Sequence record: MG655267.1
Direction: 5' to 3' (one strand)
DNA length: 64,000 nt
A model generated the notes under the pieces. It searched no databases. It was not told where the DNA came from and worked only from the letters and a program-made list of their open reading frames with translations. The position numbers and the translations under genes were made by a program. Shown here one piece after another: positions 39,203 to 46,037 of the stretch. The stretch's first letter is position 1. Every line of letters begins with the position of its first letter.

Positions 39203-39604
39203 ATGGAACATTTAACTTTTGCTGATCTCACTGCTGATCAGTTTACTGCTTTACTTCAGACCGTTACACACCGTGTAACCATTCATTGTCCCGATAAATG
39301 GCTCTGGGTTGATTCATCTGCAAAGCAACCGCAACTTGTGGTTTCTACGCGCTTTTCAGATAAACGCAATCCTTCGGGCTGGGCACCCTACCTTACGCGA
39401 CTCAATCTTCCTTCAGATGTCGAGGTGACATCAGTGTCTGTCCTTTGGATAGAGAAGGCAGATTGGTTCTTGTATGAAGTAACTGGGGTTGATGCACAAG
39501 GGAGCTTGTGTCATCAGTTTATCAAAGCTACAGTGCAAGGGGAAAAGAAATACAAAACCCACGCACTGTGCCTCTATCGGGATCGTCTCACATTACAGGA
39601 GTAA
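39203..39604 (+). CDS. Hypothetical protein (~133 aa)
   Basis: TAGGAA RBS before the ATG at 39203. Confidence 0.7.
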   Translation: MEHLTFADLTADQFTALLQTVTHRVTIHCPDKWLWVDSSAKQPQLVVSTRFSDKRNPSGWAPYLTRLNLPSDVEVTSVSVLWIEKADWFLYEVTGVDAQGSLCHQFIKATVQGEKKYKTHALCLYRDRLTLQE

Positions 39605-39609
39605 ACCTC

Positions 39610-39882
39610 ATGAAACTAACTTTATGCCAGGCCAACGGGTATTCATTGATTCACCCGGCGTACCACAGTCACACCCCGAAGAACAACGTCGTGTTGGCGG
39701 AGGGGAAGTTATCCTTTAAAGACAACCGCTGTTTCCTCGGTACCAAAGAGATCGGCCATGTGCTGGCGAACGGTAACGTACAGCTGAACACCGATGTGGT
39801 GCTGCCTACCCTCGGCTTTGTCACCGGGTTGCGTAACCAGATCCGCTTCCTGCACAAAACCATTGCCCGTCAGCTTCATTAA
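39610..39882 (+). CDS. Hypothetical protein (90 aa)
   Basis: AGGAG RBS before the ATG at 39610; the ORF-track start (39508) overlaps the upstream gene. Confidence 0.7.
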   Translation: MKLTLCQANGYSLIHPAYHSHTPKNNVVLAEGKLSFKDNRCFLGTKEIGHVLANGNVQLNTDVVLPTLGFVTGLRNQIRFLHKTIARQLH

Positions 39883-39889
39883 GGTCACA

Positions 39890-39940
39890 GGGGGTAGTCC
39901 AACTACCCCCTCGCCTTTATGCTCTCTTTTTTTTTTGTAT
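39890..39940 (+). terminator. Hairpin plus TTATGC and T-run
   Basis: GGGGGTAGT-CCA-ACTACCCCC, then TTATGC at 39917-39922 and a long T-run. Confidence 0.75.
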
Positions 39941-40092
39941 TTAATTACACAAGAGAGCATCGTATGTAGGTCAGTCGTGACCACCAATAGTGACAACAAC
40001 TAAATTAAGTTCACCAGTACTCTTGGCGGGGGATGTGTCAGTAACGGTACGCACCCCCGTTCCTTTTTTATACCGCACCCAAATTACCGAAC

Positions 40093-40196
40093 AGGTTGAG
40101 CAGATCACCCAGGTCACGTTGTCCTAGCAGCGTACTTACGGCGCCCGTCGTATCAGACACCCCCTGCGTCTAAGTTTGACCCGATCTGCTCGACCT
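40093..40196 (+). ncRNA. Candidate structured RNA (long closing stem with branched interior)
   Basis: AGGTTGAGCAGATC/GATCTGCTCGACCT 14-bp stem (one G-U pair), inner GGTCA/TGACC helix and internal hairpins; no ORF. Confidence 0.45.
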
Positions 40197-40228
40197 TCCT
40201 TATCTACCACTACCCTAAGGAACCTGCT

Positions 40229-40549
40229 GTGAGCGATGATATCAAAGTAACCAAACAACTGACCGTGTCCGCCCCTGAGCACGGTATCAAGGTACAGATC
40301 GACGCCCTGGCATTAAAGGACGATGAACACGCTGATCCTGAGCAGTACCGGATCATCTCAACCGCGATCGCTGAAACTGGCGGTGAGCCGTTGACGGAAG
40401 GTGAGTTCAATGATTTCCGTCGTTATGACGAAGAAGGCCGTCTGCTGTTCTCCTTCTTCCCGGCCAGCGGCATCCTTGAGATTGCCCACGGTTACGACAA
40501 CGAGATCGACCTGACGGTGGTTGTTACCCTGCGTGAAGTCGCTGCGTAA
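40229..40549 (+). CDS. Hypothetical acidic protein (106 aa)
   Basis: AAGGAA RBS, GTG start, biased codons. Confidence 0.8.
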   Translation: MSDDIKVTKQLTVSAPEHGIKVQIDALALKDDEHADPEQYRIISTAIAETGGEPLTEGEFNDFRRYDEEGRLLFSFFPASGILEIAHGYDNEIDLTVVVTLREVAA

Positions 40550-40660
40550 TGCCTTGCTCGGGTTTAGGGGTGCGGCGTAACAGCCGCACTATCTCCGTAC
40601 GGGAGAAACGACGCCGTACTGCGCTCTATCGTGCCTTAGCTAAAGCTAGAGAGGTGTGCG

Positions 40661-40900
40661 GTGGAGCGAACTGAACTTATGGCCGGCGGGGAATACACCC
40701 ACTATAAAGGCGGTTGCTACAAGGTTGTTGGGTTTACGAACCTGCATGCAAAAGACAACCCGCAGTTTATTCCGCAAGTGGTGTATCACTCGATCAGCCC
40801 AAACGACCCCAATAACTGGTACTCGCGTCCACTGAGTGAGTTCCTGGAAAAGTTCAGGCCAATTACGCCTGAAGATGTGAAGGCCGACATCGGTCTTTAA
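40661..40900 (+). CDS. DUF1653-family protein
   Basis: Signature 'Y.HYKGG.Y.V.G...VVY......WYSRPLSEFLEKF'. Confidence 0.75.
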   Translation: MERTELMAGGEYTHYKGGCYKVVGFTNLHAKDNPQFIPQVVYHSISPNDPNNWYSRPLSEFLEKFRPITPEDVKADIGL

Positions 40901-40975
40901 TCACGACCCGGCTTACGAGCCACGGTGTTACGACACCACCTTTAACTACTACTCTTAACTACTAAGGAATGACTA

Positions 40976-42115
40976 ATGTCCATGATCGTGAAAATCACCT
41001 CGGGTGAAGATAAAGCTGACAACAATGTGAGCAAAGGGTTTGAACTGATCCCAGTAGCGGCCGGTATGCGCACTGCCTTTGAGCGCGATGAACAATCCCG
41101 CGCCTGGTTTAAGTTGTTCAATACGGATGCAGAAGGTATTGAACAGCAACTGCTCACCCGTCAGGTACTGGGTAACGTCTATGTGATGGAAGCCGGTAAG
41201 ACTATCGCCAGTTTCTCCTCGGCCGATATCAGTGATATCCGGACGTCAGCAGAAGGCACAGTGTTCTTGAGCAGCCCTGCCAACGGTATCAGTAACCAAC
41301 CTTATACCGAGCCTGCTATCTCTGAACTCAACATATTGGGATATAATGACCGCCTGCACGACTATACCCAGCTGCCCTTTATCACCTCGGAAGAAGTGAA
41401 CGATGCCCGGGTGTTTAAGTTTCATGCCAACTTAGGGCCAGAAGTCTGGTATGTCAATGCCGATAAAGAGTGGCAGCTGCATGAGCAGGCAACACTCAAC
41501 CATCGCCAGTCCGGTGCAGTGCCCGGTGAGCGCGTAGATGTCGAGGAACTCGCCGCAGAGATCATCAACATCGTATTCGGTACCATCACTGACCCGGGTG
41601 CTGACGATAAGACGATGTTTGCTAAAGCGTTAGCTGCAGCCGTTATCACCGCCCATGAGCAGAATGCCGGCGACTACATGGGGTTAGAACTCCTGTCAGA
41701 CATTCGTGTACCATTTGGGCGTTTAAAAGCGCTGGAAGAGTACTTGCGTGTCTGTAAGTACCCAGTGACCACTCAGTTTCGTACCGAAGGTACGCATATT
41801 TTGGGTTACCGTGTGCGGGCGTATGAACCGATCAATGATATCCTGCCTGGTACAGAGCTTCTACTCCAACGCCTTAAAGGCGAACAGAAAGGTCTGATAA
41901 AGAACCTGGTTGATAAGATCGTTAAGTACTACCGTGCGGATTGCACTGTCGTGCCGGTCGAACCCAACCTGGTTTTTGATGCACTCGAGGATCGGGCGCT
42001 GATTGAGGAGTTCAGACGGTTGCTTAAAATCCAGCTGGACTTCATCATGAACGATGACGGTCATTGCCATACCGCAGTGATCAGTTATCCGAGTATCATC
42101 CGTATGGGTGCGTAG
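40976..42115 (+). CDS. Hypothetical, probably multidomain protein (379 aa)
   Basis: AAGGAA RBS; long ORF. Confidence 0.8.
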   Translation: MSMIVKITSGEDKADNNVSKGFELIPVAAGMRTAFERDEQSRAWFKLFNTDAEGIEQQLLTRQVLGNVYVMEAGKTIASFSSADISDIRTSAEGTVFLSSPANGISNQPYTEPAISELNILGYNDRLHDYTQLPFITSEEVNDARVFKFHANLGPEVWYVNADKEWQLHEQATLNHRQSGAVPGERVDVEELAAEIINIVFGTITDPGADDKTMFAKALAAAVITAHEQNAGDYMGLELLSDIRVPFGRLKALEEYLRVCKYPVTTQFRTEGTHILGYRVRAYEPINDILPGTELLLQRLKGEQKGLIKNLVDKIVKYYRADCTVVPVEPNLVFDALEDRALIEEFRRLLKIQLDFIMNDDGHCHTAVISYPSIIRMGA

Positions 42116-42468
42116 CAGGTATTTGTAAATAAATACTAGATATCTGCTATTACTATGTAAACTACGACGCTCCGAAAATCCCCCAAGATAAAGGAGTCAT
42201 AACCTCTCCGTTATGCGCCTCGTAGTTTTCTTTTGAGACAGGCAAGGACGTCGACTGGGTTCAGCTGATACTGTAAAGTGTTGCTGTGTGTGCCCGGTCC
42301 CTTGCCGTCTCCTTTTTCTCGATTTGTGCGATTCTCTTCCAGGCTGTTCTTACCTGATCTCGTGTCAGGAAACAGATCGAAGACAGACATGCGAATCAAC
42401 TTTGGTAGTGCCTACTATATACACACTTAGCTGTAAATTTTACTCAAAAGCAATATTAAGGATGACCC

Positions 42469-42636
42469 ATGGACAAGCAGAGAGAAGATTCTATCGTTGA
42501 GATGATGACACTCGCTCAGCGATTAAATAACTTAGTCGTTGGAATGCAAGTCCGCAAAGCCCAGTTAACGTCAGGTTCCGCCAAAGTCGTCGCTGATGCA
42601 ATCAGCAAAGCGAATGTGAAACCTGAGGATCACTGA
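42469..42636 (+). CDS. Small hypothetical protein (55 aa, MDKQREDSIVEMMTLAQRL...), not in the ORF track
   Basis: AAGGA RBS at 42458-62; reads as an amphipathic helix. Confidence 0.6.
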   Translation: MDKQREDSIVEMMTLAQRLNNLVVGMQVRKAQLTSGSAKVVADAISKANVKPEDH

Positions 42637-42796
42637 GGTAGCCGTAAACGTAGTGGGTATGGCGGGGATCAATGATAGCCCTGCTCGGTGAGTTTGTTAA
42701 TCCCCGCCGTATCGCTTCGTAGAACACAGGGTCACTCATGACGTGGGGAGTGGCATAAACACCTGGGGTAGAAGTCCCAACTGCATCCAAAATTCT

Positions 42797-42872
42797 TGGT
42801 CTATAGTTCAGTCGGTAGAACAGCGGACTGTTAATCCGTAGGTCGCTGGTTCGAATCCAGCTAGACCAGCCA
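42797..42872 (+). tRNA. trnN: tRNA-Asn (GTT) with encoded CCA
   Basis: Full cloverleaf: TGGTCTA/TAGACCA acceptor, GTTC/GAAC D-stem, GCGGA-CT-GTT-AA-TCCGT anticodon arm, GCTGG-TTCGAAT-CCAGC T-arm, then G-CCA; 76 nt. Confidence 0.97.
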
Positions 42873-43104
42873 AACAATGACACCCGTCACAGCCGCTTAA
42901 GCGCGCAGAAGATGACTTGTGTGCTCTGTGGCGATACTCGGACTTGCCAGCCTGTGGGGGCGGAGTAAAGTCTGGGTGTTAGCCCGCTGCCATGTTACCA
43001 CGTGAAAGTCGTGGGGGCGTCACCCTATTAGATCGATCGCTGACAGTACGTGTTTATACTTACTTGCTTCTCTGGTTACGCTAACCTATCGTGAGGAGAT
43101 AAAC

Positions 43105-43401
43105 ATGAATCTGTATATAGTCAAACGTGATGATAGAGCTGTGGATTTCGAACAGTGTGCGGGGATGGTGGTTGCTGCGTCGTCTGAGGATGAAGCTTTG
43201 CGATTGCACCCGATGGTTCTTGACTCTAGCCACCCAGACAATGCTGAGCGGCACCTGGCTGAATCGGCGGAGAACTTCGAGGATGGTACGTTGTACGGCT
43301 GGCCTAGCCAGGACCGTTTTCACGAACTGACCATAACCTTGATAGGAACCACACACCTGACTATTCCGCAAGTTCTGTTACTCGACTATAAAGGCGGTTG
43401 A
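43105..43401 (+). CDS. Hypothetical phage protein (98 aa)
   Basis: GAGGAG RBS; the 'MVVAASSEDEALRLHP' motif is one I recall from small phage proteins. Confidence 0.8.
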   Translation: MNLYIVKRDDRAVDFEQCAGMVVAASSEDEALRLHPMVLDSSHPDNAERHLAESAENFEDGTLYGWPSQDRFHELTITLIGTTHLTIPQVLLLDYKGG

Positions 43402-43520
43402 TCTAAGTCCGGGGTAACACCCGGACACCCTATTCTGTTTTTCAGTACATCACTGGAAGATACTATCGAGAGCAGCCACTCCGATACTCTAACTTATAAA
43501 GTTTAAAAAGGATAATAACG

Positions 43521-44174
43521 ATGTCAACCGAAATGACCATTTCTCGTGCACTGGCTACAGTGAAGTCTTTGAATGTCCGCATCAAAGATATCTCTAAAAA
43601 GCAGGTGCTGATTCTGCCAACCGCCGGTACTGGCGACATGCAATCGGTGATCAACAACAGCATCACTGTTACCGATGCTGAAGCCGCCATCCAGAATAAC
43701 TGGAATGCGCTGAACGACATGATCAAAGTGCGTAACGATATTCGTGCGAAGATCATCCTGTCGAACGCCACAACCAAAGTGACCATCGCCGGTAAAGAAT
43801 ACACCATTGTTGAGGCATTGGACTTCCGCAACTCCCTGGTCGAAAAGAAAGACACGGTTGAGTGCCTGAAGCGCAACTACGACTCCACAATGAAAGTTCA
43901 CCGCCAGCAGGGCGACATCTACGAAAAGCGTTTAAGCGATGTGCGCTCCGAAGCCCTGGCCTCCGGCAAGAAGTTTGATGAAGCCAGCTTGAAGACCTTC
44001 ACCGATCCAATCGATGTGAAGATGAAACCAGGCCTGATCGATCCTCTGGGTATCTCAGCAGTTATTGAGAAGCTGGACAAAGAGATCGCTGACTTCGAAC
44101 TTAACGCCGACTACGCGTTGTCCGAATCTAACGCAACGACCAAGATCACTGTTGAACTTGGTAACATTGCTTAA
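43521..44174 (+). CDS. Long helical/coiled-coil protein (217 aa), putative partner of the downstream ncRNA
   Basis: AAGGA RBS; heptad-rich; terminal motifs MTISRALATVKSLNVRI and IDPL...LSESNATTKITVE. Confidence 0.85.
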   Translation: MSTEMTISRALATVKSLNVRIKDISKKQVLILPTAGTGDMQSVINNSITVTDAEAAIQNNWNALNDMIKVRNDIRAKIILSNATTKVTIAGKEYTIVEALDFRNSLVEKKDTVECLKRNYDSTMKVHRQQGDIYEKRLSDVRSEALASGKKFDEASLKTFTDPIDVKMKPGLIDPLGISAVIEKLDKEIADFELNADYALSESNATTKITVELGNIA

Positions 44175-44270
44175 CCCGTATTAAAAGGCTTGTCTTCGTT
44201 TGACGAAAGATCAAACACCGCCTTCCTATTTGGCCGGATGGAAGTAAAATAACCGGCCAGCCATTATACA

Positions 44271-44336
44271 TCTGTAGGTCGCAGGTTCGATTCCTGTCGG
44301 GGTGAAACCCGTAGCTCAGTCGGTTAGAGCAGCAGA
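44271..44336 (+). ncRNA. Circularly permuted tRNA-like domain (T-arm, closed acceptor, D-arm)
   Basis: TCTGT-AGGTC-GCAGG-TTCGATT-CCTGT-CGGG-GTGAAA-CCCG-TA-GCTC-AGTCGGTTA-GAGC-A-GCAGA. Confidence 0.85.
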
Positions 44337-44409
44337 ACAACTGCTTATGCTAAAAGCAATGATCTTTGGGATCATCAATGGTGTACTGTGAGCACCTTGA
44401 AATCACAGG

Positions 44410-44533
44410 TCTAAAGCTTAAAGCTATAACGTATAATGACTAAAGCTCTAAAGGTTTAAACTTATAACGTTAAAAAGATCTACACTCCCTGATGACTGTG
44501 TTCGTCGGGCTATAACGCTAAAACCTTTTAAAC
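44410..44533 (+). repeat. Imperfect 7-9-nt tandem units (N-N-TAAAG / N-TATAAC)
   Basis: TCTAAAG CTTAAAG CTATAAC GTATAAT GACTAAAG CTCTAAAG GTTTAAA CTTATAAC GTTAAAAAG (44410-77), then CTATAAC GCTAAAAC CTTTTAAAC (44510-33). Confidence 0.75.
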
Positions 44534-44648
44534 AAATCCTGGGTATTCCTCCGCTGTGAGGATGGGTAATGTGGAGTGTGGTCTGCCACGTATCGCCGCC
44601 AGGCTGTCTTGCGGAGACAAGTCTTTCCCTTTTGCAATAGGTGACCTA

Positions 44649-44819
44649 ATGACAGGCACTGCATTAATGATCATTGAGCAACCACAACCGGAATTCAATA
44701 TCCCGTTGAGGTCGCCTTATCCTACCCTTCATGACGTAAGGTTTTCTATGTTCCCTGTTATGGGTGAACCTGAGAACGAAGGGTTTGAACAAGATTCAGA
44801 AACTGACGCATTACATTGA
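44649..44819 (+). CDS. Small acidic hypothetical protein (56 aa)
   Basis: AGGTGA RBS before the ATG at 44649; the ORF-track start (44556) lies inside the structured RNA. Confidence 0.5.
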   Translation: MTGTALMIIEQPQPEFNIPLRSPYPTLHDVRFSMFPVMGEPENEGFEQDSETDALH

Positions 44820-44860
44820 GGAGATTCAATCGCGCAGGTTCTTAACCGACTAACGCCAGG

Positions 44861-45088
44861 GTGACTTGTGTTATCTTGGTAAAAGGTGAACGCGTCGTTA
44901 CAGCGCATACGACTGAATGGGCCGATCCCCCCTTCGGAGTAATATTAGCCCAGATCCATTGCACACCGATAAGTCAATGGCTAGCCAGACACACAAAAAA
45001 CTATTATGCTTCGACAGATGGTAGGTGCCTGATTACTACAATTCGATTCGATACCTCAACTAAAAGGCGGACACAAGGGCCGTTATGA
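44861..45088 (+). CDS. Possible small protein (75 aa)
   Basis: GTG-start ORF with a weak RBS. Confidence 0.35.
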   Translation: MTCVILVKGERVVTAHTTEWADPPFGVILAQIHCTPISQWLARHTKNYYASTDGRCLITTIRFDTSTKRRTQGPL

Positions 45089-45108
45089 GTGAAGCACCAG
45101 GAAACTAT

Positions 45109-45160
45109 ACCTTGGTAAGGCCCCAGGCTTTTTATCCTTACCAAGGTTCTCTTTCTTTTA
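45109..45160 (+). terminator. Intrinsic terminator-like hairpin
   Basis: ACCTTGGTAAGG/CCTTACCAAGGT 12-bp perfect stem followed by a T-rich tract. Confidence 0.6.
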
Positions 45161-45267
45161 CTACCTGATAATGGGTGGATGCCTTAGTCACCTTTCTTTC
45201 ACAGAGGCAACAACCTAAGGCGTCTGCCCGCCCTATAACCCGAGTCGTCTAGCGACAAGACACCGTC

Positions 45268-45348
45268 AGACCCATTTGGTAACAGCCTAACTTACCTGTT
45301 ACCCAACCTATGACGGAAACAGGTGGTTCAACTCCACCTCTTGGGTCT
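45268..45348 (+). ncRNA. tRNA-like fold with a T-loop arm and no canonical anticodon arm
   Basis: AGACCCA/TGGGTCT closing stem, GGTAACAG/CTGTTACC hairpin and AGGTGG-TTCAACT-CCACCT T-arm. Confidence 0.5.
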
Positions 45349-45431
45349 TAGGTATTGGCTTAGGCAAACTCCGTCGCGGCTTTACCCTCAATAGGCTGCG
45401 TTGCGTAAGTCAGTACCGTGCTGTGCGTCGT

Positions 45432-45580
45432 ACTCCCTGATGAGGCGCCCGACGTTAAAAGGCACGAAACGGGGACAGAGGATACTCCATCGGTGATTGC
45501 AATCAACCACGCTGGGGTTTATACAGGCACTTGAGAGACACGCTGGTTTCTCGTTGCCTGTCCCTTTGTCCCGTCGGAGT
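45432..45580 (+). ncRNA. Hammerhead ribozyme (type I topology) with a large stem-III insertion
   Basis: Stem I ACTCC/GGAGT; core CTGATGA (45437-43); imperfect stem II; GAAA (45466-69); stem III ACGGG(G)ACA/TGTCCCGT; GTC cleavage triplet at 45573-75. Confidence 0.75.
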
Positions 45581-45984
45581 CCCTTGCGTTCCTGGAGGGA
45601 TGACACCGCGTTAAGACTGATCCCCTTAACGAAGTTGCAATAGCCGGGGGTGATTCTTGCAAAGGTTACTCACAGCAGACTGCCTCCGCCAATTGCGGAT
45701 GGCTTAGGCCCTCAGTCCGTCAGGAAGTTGTCGTTGAATAAGTGACAGCTGGACTAGGGTTGCATTATAACCCGGCAAGTGTGCAGCCTGTTTTTTCTTC
45801 ATGTGTACCTGAACCGGTTCAGGAGCCTACAGATGAGGGAACGACGGGAAGCATATTGCTACCGATCATTTGCTGTGTGACCGGGCCAAGGATGGCATAT
45901 ACCGGAACCAGTAACCGTATTCAGCGCAGGTGCGCTTTCTCTTCCTTATCTTGTGGTTAAACCGCGCCTGTCTGGATCATATGT

Positions 45985-46012
45985 GCCGGGGTCACACCTG
46001 GCGCTTATGCCG
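45985..46012 (+). terminator. Hairpin plus TTATGCCG closing the RNA island
   Basis: GCCGGG-GTCACA-CCTGGC, then TTATGC at 46005-46010. Confidence 0.6.
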
Positions 46013-46037
46013 TCTGAGTTGTATCCTTTTTTACTCC

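Larger units (their letters stand above)
44180..44635 (+). ncRNA. Candidate structured ncRNA with a permuted tRNA-like domain and a 7-8-nt repeat tract
   Basis: Non-coding. Helices TGGCCGG/CCGGCCA, ATGATC/GATCAT, CTACACTCC(44480-88)/GGAGTGTGG(44573-81) and TCCTC/GAGGA; tRNA mimic at 44271-44336. Boundaries approximate. Confidence 0.7.

Noticed and set aside
42602-42883. 93-aa minus-strand ORF, plus 44146-44340(-), 45388-45606(-) and 45742-45960(+)
   Set aside because: They overlap the tRNA or structured RNA elements, lack RBSs and have atypical composition.
44271-44336. Functional split or permuted tRNA gene
   Set aside because: The acceptor stem is only 4-5 bp, there is no CCA, and the flanks do not rebuild a U33-containing 7-nt anticodon loop; treated as a mimic.
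44410-44533. CRISPR or mini-array
   Set aside because: The units are 7-9 nt, degenerate and have no spacers; I saw no cas genes and no CRISPR array anywhere in the window.
44484-44581. Second ACTCCCTGATGA with a downstream GGAGTG, resembling another hammerhead
   Set aside because: No GAAA core and no NUH triplet before GGAGTG (it is TGT). CCTGAT pairs locally with GTCGGG instead. Kept only as a helix of the candidate ncRNA.
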